DNA of 64,000 nt from Eledone cirrhosa (GCA_964016885.1 OZ024742.1:74400001-74464000), one strand, 5' to 3'. Positions 39,064-57,693 are shown, numbered from the stretch's first letter. Program-made: numbers and translations. Notes: generated by a model from the sequence alone, not told the origin.

Positions 39064-39348
39064 CACTAATAATAAAAAGGACGAAGTGTTAGGTCTTCAT
39101 TGCGTTTATTGAACAGTGACATGCGTTTTGTGATTGATCAACTCAAGTTTCGATACAGATCGAAACTTGAGTTGATCAATCTCGTCGAACTTCTGTTATA
39201 GTAATGACAGAATGCATAATATATATATATGTGTATATATATATATATATGTTTTTACTCTCTAAAAATCGCCCCACCCCTTTTTAAAAAATGTCTTTCC
39301 ACCACTCCCTCACACACCCTCGGAACTATCTTCGTGCCTACTTTTCTC

Positions 39349-39376
39349 CTGATGAAGGGCTTATGCTCGAAACGTC
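39349..39376 (+). ncRNA. Minimal hammerhead core, stem I decayed
   Basis: CTGATGA a gggc-ttat-gctc GAAAC GTC. Confidence 0.55.
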
Positions 39377-40400
39377 GTCCCTCACCCCCACTCCCAAGAG
39401 TGAAACTAATATTAACATTTGTACTGTCTCTTCGCTTCCACGTTGTTTTTTTGTTTTCTGCTTACTGTCTCAACTTTAAAATATATATGAATGTATGTAT
39501 AGTATATTTGGCAATAAACCGTATGTTTAATTAAAAACATTTAGAAGACCATACGCTATCGGTTTTAAAGTACTGACTAATTCACTTACTTCTTTCGGCG
39601 AAAGAAGGGAGAGAAGCTAACAGTCTGTTTCACGCTGGCTGGCGATCATCAGAGCTACGCAACCCCTGCTTCCGCCGAAAATTATAGAAGCTGGATTCTT
39701 ATAGAATTCCAGTTATAATAAGCTCCTGATTATTACTGGCGACATCGGAGGACTATAACAGAAATCTTGCAGCAGCGTCACTGCGTCTCATTACATGTCT
39801 AGCAAGAGCTAGACAATGCTTTCTTATGACGGTCGAAATCTTCGGAAGGCGACCATATATAATCTTGTTAGTTGTGTGCAGTACGCAAGAGACGGGTATA
39901 GTTACCACCCAACTTCCTTGTCGGTGCAGATATCAGTGTCCATGACTTTGAGCCATAAAAAGGATTGATTCTACAGTGGCTTTGAATATCTTGATTTTGG
40001 TGGAGCGATTGATTGGTGCAGTCCAAAGAGTAGATAGCAACCTAACAGAGTGGATAGTAGCCCAAGCTTGACCGGTATACACAAGATTTCATTTTTCCAG
40101 TCTTCTTCTCAACAAGGAAGATGAAAAAACATATCTCAACACTTAATTTTAAATCTTTAATTTTTGATTTTTAATTCTCATTAATTCTTTTTAATTGTAA
40201 TACTCAACATTTGATAAGATGGATTTTACTAATACATCGAAACCGGTAATACTTTATATACTTTATATACATTATAAAAACTCTTTTTTTAAAAGGATTG
40301 TCCCTCTAATTTTTTTCAATAAGTCGACTTTAACGAATCAAGAAAGGAAAAAAAAAAAAAGAAAAACAGATCCATAAATATATTTTCCGTTATTTCAATT

Positions 40401-40506
<106 letters not shown>

Positions 40507-40555
40507 AACACACACACATATATATATAAATATAGTATATATATATACATATATA

Positions 40556-41574
<1,019 letters not shown>

Positions 41575-41857
41575 TAATGATATCAGTGGTGAAGGGTAAC
41601 CTGGAAAGCAGGGCATGCAGTCCAATCGCCTTGGCGGAAAGTGGAGCTGTGCAGCCCCCCCCCCCAAATTCCCTCTAAATGACCCTCCCGGTCAAAGCTG
41701 CATGTAGTGTTATCTAGTGTGTGTGTGTGTTATCTTTTTATGTGTCTACGTTTTAGTAAGCAGCCAAAATTCTGCTTGCTTCAAACCGACGCAATTGTTC
41801 AACTCAAGATTCTATAACGCATGCACTGCATGTGTTGCATGCACGCACCCTTCGCCC

Positions 41858-41964
<107 letters not shown>

Positions 41965-42246
41965 AGTAAATGACCGATAAATTCTTTTTTCAAAAGCCGG
42001 TACAGTAGAAATACAGTAGAAAATACGAGGGGCAATGATGGTGAATGAAACAAAACAAAATAAAGTAATGTTTTACCAAGTGTATTATCGTTTTATATTT
42101 CAGGGCTAATGCCCTCTTTTCAGATGTGGGACTGAAACAGTCTTAGATGAAACAAACGAAGGATTTGACTTTTTTTCTATGTATGTATGTATGTATGTAT
42201 GTATGTATGTATGTATGTATGTATGTATGTATGCATGTATGTATGT

Positions 42247-42711
42247 AATCTCTTTCTCTTAATTTCGAGTATATTTTTTTGACCAGCCAGCTTCCTGGTG
42301 GCAAGGTTGTAAAAGAAAAGAAATTGTCATCCCTTGAATCGCAAGAATATTTTGCAAATTTTGAAGGTGCCAGCTATCGCAGCCATTTGTAGACTATGAA
42401 TTAGGGAGCTGCGCTCTTTGTCCGCAAATCCAAGTTCAGTCATACTTTGGTCCAAGTGGGTTGGTATATAAACCGTAGCTCCAATAATGATGGGTATGAA
42501 GCTAAAGGTGTATCTTGTATACTGGATTTGTAAACTCCTCATCAATGGTCCATAGATGTCCTCCTTCTCCTGTATTTTTCTGACAACGTTTACAACAAGT
42601 GGGCAGCTGATCTCCACAACAGAACACGTTTTCAATGTGTGGTCCCAAACAACAATATCAGGCCGGTTGTGCTTTAATTTGGTGGCAGTTTTTATTTTCA
42701 GGTTCGACCAG
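42247..42711 (-). mobile_element. R4-type RLE 3' fragment flanked by (CATA)n
   Basis: HNRPDIVVWD..VEISCP..KEDIY..PIIIGA. Confidence 0.8.
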
Positions 42712-42790
42712 TATGTATGTATGTATGTATGTATGTATGTATGTATGTATGTATGTATGTATGTATGTATGTATGTATGTATGTATGTAT

Positions 42791-43090
42791 GTTCTTCTGG
42801 TTTTATAATTTCACAAATTTTTACCAATAGAGAGAGAGAGACGGTTTCTAACATAGACACAGGACTCTCTCATTGGAATTTACACATCAACTAGGTAGAT
42901 ATATATGCATGTGTAGATATGTATGCATGTGTGTGCAGGTATGGATGTTATTGTATATGTGGATGTGGATGTTTTGAGTTATATCTCTGCATATGTATAT
43001 GCTTTGTATCTGTACATATGTACATGTAGTTATTAGATGCAGAATTTAAAAAAAGTTTTACATATTTTTCCTGTTTCATTAATGGATTGT
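42791..43090 (-). mobile_element. 3' UTR of the 35534-37589 R4-type family
   Basis: Reverse complement matches about 37290-37589, including the terminus aattataaaaccagaagaac plus (ATAC)n. Confidence 0.8.
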
Positions 43091-44841
43091 ACTGTGTGCG
43101 TGTGCGTGTGCGTGGGCGTGTGCGTGGGCGTGTGCGTGTGCGTGTGCGCGTGCGCGTGTGCGTGCGTGTGTGTGCGTGTGTGTGAGTAAGTCAATTGTAT
43201 TGATAAACATATTTTTATTTATATATTTCTGAGGACCAAGAATCTGGAGTTTTTCAAATGTCAAGCTAACGAAAGGCTCAACAAAATATATTAATCGGAG
43301 CCGAATTTAATCACTTTTCATATTCCATCCAATTAATTTTATTTCAAATAAGTTTACCTATTCGTGAGAATAATTTCTGCAGTTAGAAATAAATTCCACT
43401 TTTCTCTCTTTCTGTCTCTCTTTCTCCACCCCACCCCGTCTTTTTCTATCCCATTTTTTTTTCAATCTTCTAAGAAAGGTGATAAATCCTCCATTGGTAA
43501 GGGATCGTTCATACTCTCACCTCAAAAATAGACACAAAACATAGAAACATGATGACCCCCCCCCTCCTCGCTGCCCATAACTGGATCTTCTCAAAAGCTA
43601 TCAAACAAAATTCAGAAGCACAACGAATTACTCAACACCTTCCCCCTGTCCTATCTCATCTCCACCTCCTCTACCTTCTCCTAACTATCCAGTAATTATT
43701 CCTCCACCCCTCCCCTTTCTCTGTAGCTTCTCACCCCACTTCTTATGCCTCCCTATCCACTGCACCTCCTTTATTTTCTCTACACTACAGTCGAATTACT
43801 CCTCTTTTCTCATTTCCCCATTTCTTCTACCACTTCTTTTATATCCCCTTTCAACTTTACCCTTTCTTTCCTTACTCTTCTCTATCTGCTCCCCATTATC
43901 GTCAAATTCCTCCTCTCCCTCTGCCCCTCCCCCTCCTCTGTCTTGTGTCTTCATCCTCTTTACCTCTGTTATCCTCATCCTGTACCGCCAACGTCCCACT
44001 TCACTCTTATTATCTCCCACCCCCATTCACGTACCCCACCCCGTCCCAGTAAATAATACCTTTAACGCATCAACTTTTTCAGACGTAAAAACAACGTCTT
44101 TTGTAATATTGTATTTCCATAGTTGAAACTAGGTAGGTGTATATGTGTAGGAACAGTTTATTCCTTACCTTCCTACAAAACAAGTCTACCGCAACAATCA
44201 ACATCCACAGGCTATGGAAGTATCTAATCGAAAATAAAAGTTAATAGCTTTAATCACAATTCTTCTCTTTGTGAGGCGAAGCTAGTTTTTAACTGCATAA
44301 CTGAGCAATATGGTGTGTCTCAAGGGAAGATTGTAAGACATTGATTAAGCACAGACTCCAAGATTCGCCTGTAAGAAGCCCCTATGATTTGGTCAATGGA
44401 ACTTATAAATCATATTAATTTCAGGCTGCTGTATTTTAAGCTAGTTGTTGTTTCATAAATAAAAACAGCAAGACGAATTGACGTTTGTAGCTGTTAATCT
44501 TGAATATTTTCTCTATTTTGAATGGAAATTCTGAATCATAAGATTTATTAGTTATTTAATATTGTAATAATAAGCCGACAAAATGGCTGCTACACTATGT
44601 TTTTTAAAATTATTTTTTCAGTGGTATATCTTTTTCTTTTTATTATTGATGGCTTTGAGAAAAAAGATAAACATAATATATAAACAATAAATATGTGCTA
44701 AAGAATATATTTCGTGTAATTTAAGATTTGGTTGTAACTGTTTTGTTTTCTTAGCACTATTGCATATTATGCCATTAAAAATTAAAGTGGCTGGTTCCGT
44801 CTCAATAATAAATAGTTATCCAGTTTTCTAGAGGATATTAT

Positions 44842-45012
44842 AGTATCGGTAGAGGGTCGGACGCCATGCTTTGACGCATGGAGTTACGGCCCTTGCCATT
44901 CTGAGTTCAAATCCCGCCGAGGTTAACTTTGCCTTTCATCCTTATGGGGTCGATAAAATAAAGTACCAGTAATGTACTGGGTAATTGCTGGCCTTGTGCC
45001 AAAAGTAGAAAC

Positions 45013-45017
<5 letters not shown>
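44842..45017 (+). mobile_element. tRNA-derived SINE (octopus-type family)
   Basis: Same motifs as 20225-20404. Confidence 0.88.
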
Positions 45018-45073
<56 letters not shown>

Positions 45074-45395
45074 GAAGTTATATTAATTGTATATATATAT
45101 ATGTTTTGCAAGGCTTTTGATATGAAATCGTGTGTCGAAATATAAAAATGGCGTAGACACAACAATACATACAATACAGCAGGGGGAACATAATAGTACC
45201 ACTGATGATGTTGCAGATGTGCAACAAAAGAACTTTGTTAGACTATATATATGTATTTATATCTGTACTTTTGACCGTTGGTCAATCAATGATAAACATT
45301 GATGGCCAAATGAATTAACTATTGAGATATAAAAGATACAGAAGCGAAGTGTTATTATTTCTGGCAATATTATTACAACAATATTTCCTCCCCAA

Positions 45396-45442
<47 letters not shown>

Positions 45443-45475
45443 GGGGGGGGGTGTATGTACATATATATATATATA

Positions 45476-46112
45476 TAAATGTAATCTGAGTTTTTCGAAT
45501 ATAAATAATAACATTCAATTCGTTTGCAATTATGCAAACAAGCCTCAATTTTATAGCCATGTCAGTAGAATGAACACTTCATTCTTGCTCTTGTGTTGGC
45601 ATGCGAAGAGAACTACAGACACTAATGTTTCTGTGTATCACCCTTCATCAGTACAGCTCACTGTTCACCTGCCAAACTGTCAGAGCTAGTGAAAATATAT
45701 GCTATTTTCAAAAATACACAGTGACTGATCGGCCTGATTTGCATATTAGCAGACTGGCTGATCAGTCACATCTGCATATTAGCAGATCCACTGATCAGCC
45801 AAATTTGCATATCAGCAGACTGGCCAGTCAGTTTCCTGTATACGAGCGATAAATGGCCGGCTTTGCCAAATTCAAATAAAAAAGAAAATTTCGCTCTACA
45901 TGGCTGAATACAATAAATGTAATCTGAGTTTTTCGAATTTTAATAATAACATTCGATTCGTTTGCAATTATGCAAACAACCCTCAATTGTATAGCCATGT
46001 CAGTAGAATGAACACTTCATTCTTGTTCTTGTGTTGGCATGCGAACGAATCGACCGTTATTATTAATATTCGAAAAACTCAGATTACATTTACTGTATTC
46101 AGCCATGTAGAG
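45476..46112 (-). mobile_element. Non-coding retrozyme-like unit: 438-nt monomer x1.3 plus an inverted arm, in (TA)n
   Basis: 45476-45607 is repeated at 45914-46045; about 46057-46112 is an inverted copy of about 45893-45948. Confidence 0.75.
45610..45659 (-). ncRNA. Type I hammerhead motif
   Basis: Stem I gagctgta/tgtagttc; CTGATGA; weak stem II gtg-ata-cac; GAAAC-attagt-GTC. Confidence 0.65.
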
Positions 46113-46116
46113 CTTA

Positions 46117-46243
<127 letters not shown>

Positions 46244-46718
46244 CATATATATATGACTCACACCTACAAATCACATTACTTTTTATTAATGGCGTATATA
46301 CCATTACTTCATAGGTTTTGTGAATATTTTTTGCTATTTGAAATGGACACATTTGGTTCCACAAAAAAAACAGAATAAAACAAAAAACAAAAATGAAATA
46401 GCAAATGGATTTAAAAGAATGACAGCTTAACCAAGATCATTTGTTATTAAACACGTTGTTAATTGCTGCTTAGATGATCGAGTAAACCTATGATGGAAGG
46501 CATTTCGGCCCCTAACACTCCATTTATTAGCGGTCTATCTAGAACTATATTATGCAATGTGACATTTCCTTATTTGAGATTTGGGTGCTATTTCCTGTAG
46601 GTAATAGGGGCTCCATCATTGACTCAAGGTTGATTTTTGTAAACATATAGTATGACTATACACACATATATATACACATACGCATACAACACGCACAAAC
46701 ACACATACATACACAAAC

Positions 46719-46795
<77 letters not shown>

Positions 46796-47099
46796 ACACA
46801 CATACACACACACACACATATATTTGCATATGTACTTTCAATGGTTTTCCATTTGAGTTGTTAAGTAAAAATGTCTCTTTCTAAAATATACTTTGAGTAA
46901 AACCCCGGGATAAATCATTCATATAATTTTGAAAGCACAGGTTGGAATGGTTTAGAATGAAAATTATATCATACAGGTATATTAGTTGTAATTGTAATTA
47001 TGCCAGCGTTTACCTAAGTTGGCTCGAGCCAGATGCAACAAGTAGATCCACAGCATATCGATCACACGCCGATCACGCTCGAATGTAGAACGTCAAGCA

Positions 47100-48600
47100 G
47101 TCACAATTCCAATGGCGCACATCATATATGAGAGCCAGATACCAATTGAAGATCTGATTTAATAGTTTTTGTCTATGTTTTCAGCTGTCTATCCTACCAT
47201 TAACGCCATCCCGAGATGTTTTTAACGCGGCAGCGTCGCGGATGAGTTCACCTCGTGAACGACGGAACACATGACCAGACTAAACAGGGGCACCTTTAGA
47301 GCAGGGGGTTTTTAAGGGACTCAATATGGCAACAACGACTAACTTTTGTTTGACAAAAAATCCAAATCACGAATACAGAGGTTTCGAAGAAGGCAAAGGC
47401 GGAACACTAAAATCTTGGACAAGGTCCGCCGTTTTCATTAGTAACATATCACAGCCACAAAGTTCGATGGTGTGAACGATCGCTCGGTAGATTCGAATTT
47501 TTGTGACTAGATGAATCTCCATCTTAAACCCAAACCGGATTCGAAGACGACAGGATGCAGTATGTGCCCAGCACTTTGTGATGCGATGGAATATTGTTTG
47601 TGTTACGTTCTCAATATCATCCATTAACAGTTCCACAGGGAGTCTATCTGACTCAGGCGCTTTACCAGTGTTAATCTAGTTGATAGCCAGTTTTACTTCA
47701 TCATAAGCCGGCAAACGATCCATTCTGGAATCCACAGTACATTGAGGAATGTTATCTATCACATCATGATCAACTAACGATGGATTATCAAATAAATCAG
47801 TGAAGTGCTATTGCTAGCGTTTCAGGATTTCCTCCGGTTCCGCAATGAAAGCAATGTTGCCTTTGGACCTCATAGGAACAATAGACGAAGTTGTTGAGTC
47901 ATTCGCGCAAAAGATCACAGAACAATTTTGAATCCTTTGCGTTATAAGCGCTTTGAATGTCTGAAGAGATCCTTAAACGTCAATCATTTTAAAGCCTTCT
48001 CAGTTCAGGCTGTAAGGTAGTTTTACATTTTCAATAATAGGTTGGTTTGCCGGGCACTCTCCCAGAACCTTTTCTTGAAGAGCATGCTTTCTTTTCAGTA
48101 GCTGACTGATAGCTTGATCATTACCATTAAAGAAGACATTATGTTTTTTTTTTTCACTCTGAATCCAAGATCTTCTGTTCCTGCTGCGTACACGTGATCC
48201 CCAAAGGTTTCCCACATTCCATAGAAATCAAGACTATCAATTCTTTTATTTAAAGCTTCCCATACATCTGCCTCTTTTAGCTTTCAAAATCAATACGCTT
48301 CAGTGTTTTGATCCCACACATACGAGTCTTTTTTCGAACATATAACTTAAACTTGCCTGTACCATCTTATGGTCTGCATTCAGCATTATGCATGACGCGC
48401 AAATTACAAACATCACTCAAGTCACATCAAGTCGCATCGGTTTAATATGAAATCAATCATGTAGACATTTTTTTATCTTCGGAGAACCAAATGAGGTTTA
48501 TTTTTCAACATACTTCCCGGAAAGAAACAATGCAGTTATTAATAAGAATAATTAAAATTAATGCATGTAATATTTAACAGCTCTAGCATCACTCCTTCAT
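47100..48600 (-). mobile_element. Highly decayed RTE LINE
   Basis: Remnant translations TGKAPESD and TKIRIYRAIV, many stops. Confidence 0.55.
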
Positions 48601-48924
48601 AATCAGCCTATGAACTTTTTAAAGCTTTTAATCATCATTTTGAGGAACAGACAAATAGGTAGATAGACAATTACAGAGGCAGATAAATACACAAACTGAT
48701 AAATATACACGCAGATAAATAGACAAATAGACAGGCATACACATATATGGTAAACAATCAAACAGACAGAATAATAGAGAGGCATGCAGACAGATAGACA
48801 GATAGACATATTAGCTGACAGATACGTTAGTCTATTGAGAGGCGGACAAACAGGAAGAGAGAAGCATCGACAGTCAGAAAAACAAGCATACAATACACAA
48901 ATAAGATATACAAACCGACAAACG

Positions 48925-51007
48925 TATAGACATATAGACAGACATACAGACATATAGACAGACATACAGACATATAGACATATAGACATATAGACATATA
49001 GACATATAGACAGACATATAGACATATAGACAGACATATAGACATATAGACATATAGACATATAGACAGACATACAGACATACAGACATATAGACATATA
49101 GACATATAGACAGACATACAGACATATAGACATATAGACATATAGACATACAGACAGACATACAGACATATAGACATATAGACAGACATACAGACATACA
49201 GACATACAGACATATAGACAGACATATAGACAGACATACAGACATACAGACATATAGACAGACATATAGACAGACATACAGACATACAGACATATAGACA
49301 TATAGACAGACATATAGACATATAGACAGACATATAGACATATAGACAGACATATAGACATATAGACATATAGACAGACATATAGACATATAGACAGACA
49401 TATAGACATATAGACATATAGACAGACATATAGACAGACATATAGACATATAGACAGACATATAGACATATAGACAGACATATAGACATATAGACACATA
49501 GACAGACATATAGACATATAGACAGACATATAGACATATAGACATATAGACAGACATATAGACAGACATATAGACATATAGACAGACATATAGACATATA
49601 GACATATAAACAGACATACAGACATATAGACATATAGACATATAAACAGACATATAGACATACAGACAGACATATAGACATATAGACAGACATACAGACA
49701 TATAGACATACAGACAGACATATAGACATATAGACAGACATACAGACATATAGACATACAGACATATAGACAGACATATAGACATATAGACAGACATATA
49801 GACATATAAACAGACATATAGACATACAGACAGACATATAGACATATAGACAGACATACAGACATATAGACATACAGACATATAGACAGACATATAGACA
49901 TATAGACAGACATATAGACATATAGACAGACATATAGACATACAGACAGACATACAGACAGACATATAGACATATAGACATATAGACAGACATACAGACA
50001 TATAGACATATAGACATATAGACATATAGACATATAGACATATAGACATATAAACAGACATATAGACATATAGACAGACATATAGACATATAGACATATA
50101 GACAGACATACAGACATATAGACAGACATATAGACATATAGACAGACATATAGACATATAGACAGACATACAGACATATAGACATATAGACATATAGACA
50201 TATAGACATATAGACAGACATATAGACATATAGACAGACATACAGACATATAGACATATAGACAGACATACAGACATATAGACATATAGACATACAGACA
50301 TATAGACATATAGACATATAGACAGACATACAGACATATAGACATATAGACATATAGACATATAAACAGACATATAGACATACAGACAGACATATAGACA
50401 TATAGACATACAGACATATAGACATATAGACAGACATATAGACATATAGACATATAAACAGACATATAGACATACAGACAGACATATAGACAGACATACA
50501 GACATATAGACATATAGACATATAGACAGACATATAGACATACAGACATATAGACATATAGACAGACATATAGACATACAGACATTTAGACAGACATACA
50601 GACATATAGACATACAGACATATAGACATATAGACATATAGACAGACATATAGACATATAGACAGACATATAGACATACAGACATATAGACAGACATACA
50701 GACATATAGACATATAGACAGACATATAGACATATAGACAGACATACAGACATATAGACATATAGACAGACATACAGACATATAGACATATAGACAGACA
50801 TATAGACATACAGACATATAGACATATAGACATACATACAGACATATAGACAGACATACAGACATATAGACATATAGACATATAGACATATAGACAGCTA
50901 GAGAGACATATAGACAGACAGGTAGATATATACATATATATATAGAGACAGGTAGATATATAGACATATAGACAGACAGGTAGATATATAGATATATATA
51001 GACAGAC

Positions 51008-51042
<35 letters not shown>

Positions 51043-52310
51043 GACAGGTAGATATATACATATATATAGACACACAGGTAGATATATATATATATAGACA
51101 GACAGGTAGATATATAGACATATAGACATATAGACAGACAGGTAAATATATAGACATATAGACAGACAGGTAGATATATAGACATATAGACAGACAGGTA
51201 GATATATATATATATAGATAGACAGGTAGATATATATATATAGACAGACAGGTAGATATATATATATAGACAGACAGGTAGATATATAGACATATAGACA
51301 GACAGGTAAATATATAGACATATAGACAGACAGGTAGATATATAGACATATAGACATACAGGTAGATATATATATATAGACAGACAGGTAGTTATATATA
51401 TATAGACAGACAGGTAGATATATATATATAGACAGACAGGTAGATATACAGACAGGTAGATATATATATATATAGACAGACATGTAGATATATATATATA
51501 GACAGACAGGTAGATATATATATATAGACAGACAGGTAGATATATAGACATATAGACAGACAGGTAAATATATAGACATATAGACAGACAGGTAGATATA
51601 TATATATATAGACAAACAGGTAGATATATATATATATAGACAAACAGGTAGATATATATATATAGACAGACAGGTAGATATATATATATATAGACAGACA
51701 GATAGATATATATATATATAGACAAACAGGTAGATATATATATATATAGACAAACAGGTAGATATATATATATAGACAGACAGGTAGATATATATATATA
51801 TAGACAGACAGATAGATATATATATATAGACAAACAGGTAGATATATATATATAGACAGACAGGTAGATATATAGACAGACAGGTAGATATATAGACATA
51901 TAGACAGACAGGTATATATATAGACATATAGACAGACAGGTAGATATATATATATATAGACAGACAGGTAGATATATATATATAGACAGACAGGTAGATA
52001 TATAGACATATAGACTGACAGGTAGATATATATATATATAGACTGACAGGTAGATATATATATATAGACAGACAGGTAGATATATACACATATAGACAGA
52101 CAGGTAGATATATAGACATATAGAGAGACAGGTAGATATATATATATATAGACTGACAGGTAGATATATATATATAGACAGACAGGTAGATATATACACA
52201 TATAGACAGACAGGTAGATATATAGACATATAGAGAGATAGGTAGATATACATACATATAGACAGACAAGTAGATATACAGACATATAGACACACAGGTA
52301 GATATATAGA
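48925..52310. repeat. 3.4-kb compound satellite: (CATATAGA/CAGA)n switching at about 50900 to GACAGACAGGTAGA(TA)n
   Basis: Direct; source of the spurious 660-1161 aa ORFs. Confidence 0.97.
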
Positions 52311-52764
52311 TAAATTTCATTATTAGCCACAAGGGCACAAAAGAAGGGGACAAATACAAATGAGGAGTTTACATACAGGTATATAAAAAAAAAAAAAGGT
52401 AGATAAACAGACATATGGACAGACAGTCAGGTACATATATAGAGAATTAAATTGACAGAGACACAGACAGTGGAATTTATTAACAGTGTCAGACAGATAT
52501 ATGTATTCTTCGCTGAAGAGTTATAAGATAGAAATAATTCTGTTGCTTTCCTTGGTTTGGCTTAAAGACCATACTGGATTTATGATATTTTTCAAAAGTT
52601 CAACCAGTTGATCTTATTGGAATTATATCATTTGTCTGCTGATTAAAAAAACAAAAAATCTGATACACCGCTATAGGTATTCGGTATTCGGTAACCAAAA
52701 GAAGCGGGGTAGGTGTAAAAGTCAAACTCCCTGTTTTCAACTCGGGTTACCTATTCGGGTTACC

Positions 52765-53724
<960 letters not shown>

Positions 53725-54069
53725 CTATATGAATTTTATGTCTAATAATTGCATGGATAATTTGTTAATCAAAACATTCAATTCACTATATCTCGACACG
53801 ACTATGGGCTCGACCCGGCTATGGGCTAGACCCGGCTATGGGCTCGACCCAGCTAGGTTATATATAGGAGAACGGACCGTATTAGACAAAGAAAAAGATA
53901 GACAGACTCAGTATTTACTTAGGGTTTTATCCATGTTTTATCGAATGCCCCAAGTATATTTGAGGTAGATTTAGCTGCTATTTCTAGCAAGTCGAGTGAC
54001 CGCGCAAAGAATCCTTCGTTGACTGGTAGAAGGTAACTCTACCAAAGGCTGCTGTTATTAAGAGAGTAA

Positions 54070-54240
54070 ATAATTGTTTCTACTTTTGGCACACGGCCAG
54101 CAATTACACAGTTCATTACTGGTACTTTATTTTATCGACCTGGTAAGGATGAAAGGCAAAGTTAACCTCGACGGGATTTGAACTCAGACCGTAAAGGGAC
54201 GTAACTATGCTGGAATGCATGGCGTCTGACCCTCTACCGA
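54070..54240 (-). mobile_element. tRNA-derived SINE (octopus-type family)
   Basis: Same motifs on the - strand. Confidence 0.87.
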
Positions 54241-55924
54241 GATGAGATAGCTGCCACTGAGAATTTAAGTATGCAAATGAGGTTTCCGTTAGTAGGGTGG
54301 TAGATATTTAAATGAGGTATCTAGTACAAAGATGTAGGTATGCAAATGACATTTAAACTAAGTGTGTTAATGAGAATCTTTACACTAATACGAAAGTATA
54401 CATTCAAATGAGGTATATTCTAATGAGGTAAGAAATGAAGTATGCAAATGAAGCAACTATCACTTGGAATTCAAATTGGATTAAGGATTTTAAGATCGGA
54501 AGTATCTAACTAAGTATTTAAGGATACAAACAAGACCATCGTTATTAAAAAGTCAATATACAAAAATGTCTCTCTTAACTAAGATGATTAATTGAAATAA
54601 AACCTGTTAGTGGCTTAGCATATTTGTTATATCCTACTGACCGAAGTAGCTGGGGAACTCAATACCTTCCTAAATAACCGAGCAGCTCTCAATAGAAATG
54701 TATTTTTACCTCCTGGAAGAAACAAGAAAAGGTGTCCTAAATGTTGCCTACTTCATCACATTCGGACCAGATAACCCTGACTGGTTGAGATCCCTTACAG
54801 CGCTGAGAAATAATATAAAAATACAAGATAGCAACACTCCCTGTCGCTATATGGAAAATAGGTATTCTCTTGGAATGACAGAGCACACAAACGCACTGTT
54901 CTGATTGTATGAGAACTCTACTGCTACAATGAAGCCATTGCTACACTATCAGAAACACGTTTCGCCGAAGAGAGTCAACTGATTGAAAGCAGTACTGGCT
55001 ACACCTTCTACCGGGGAGGGTGCAGCAATGGATGTTTTTTGATGGGTTAATCTGAGCTTTGGCTAGGCCACCTATTCTATCCCCTCCCTTCGCGTGGAAC
55101 AAGCAGCAGTATGTGCGTAGTATCCCCTCTCCACCTTTACATCGCAAAAACCATCTGTCATAGCCCAGCAAGCTGGGACAGTGACAGCGAGATCCTTAGT
55201 TAGTAGGTATTAAAGTCGGAGTTTCCTTCCCCTAGTCGGATTATCTAACGAGCCAAATTTGCTCGGGCTTGGAGTCAGTGGTTCTTCTGTAAAGCTGGTT
55301 GCCAACGAAGGTTGACGAGCGCAGTCTGCCCACACGGTTATATCACCGTATATACTGTGGCGCCATGATTTAGCTACCCCTATTGAAATCGACTAAAAGG
55401 TATTGCTACGGACACAGTAATGTAAGATAGGCGGTTTCCATTGTTCTACTAGCAAGTCAGACAGTAGCCTGGTGGCGTACATTGCACCAAGAAAGGAGGG
55501 GGGGGGCTTTATATTACGCCCACAAAACAGTGGGTTTTAAAATACGGAGTTACTCGTCTCCTAGATGGTTGTTCTGATTAGAAATAGAACTGGGGATCAA
55601 TCACTCCCAGTAGACTTAACGTGTGCTTGGCTACCATTTCCAGTACTTTTATGTCTTCGTGCCGTGACGCTAGATGTCAGTTGACTCACTGCTGGATGTA
55701 TACGTTCTTCGGCAGGTTTTGGTTTTGTCTTGCCGGGTCCTAGCAATCCACCTCACTATACAAACTTAATGGAGTGTTGGTTTAGTGACCAGCAACCTAA
55801 TCATGCAGCAGGTTGTACCGGATGTCAAGTTACCAGTAACACTAATGAAGTCAATTGAAATAATAAAATATGTAGGTTGTTCAGTGAATGGGAGTAAACT
55901 ATAGAAATCAACCATAACAATACG

Positions 55925-57693
<1,769 letters not shown>

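Noticed and set aside
48603-52414. ORFs of 340-1161 aa on the - strand
   Set aside because: Translations of satellite DNA (YVCLSI repeats) with no domain content
54700-55850. RTE-type 5' UTR motifs on the - strand (ctagg.gaaggaaactccg-like, repeated)
   Set aside because: Too decayed to delimit an element with confidence
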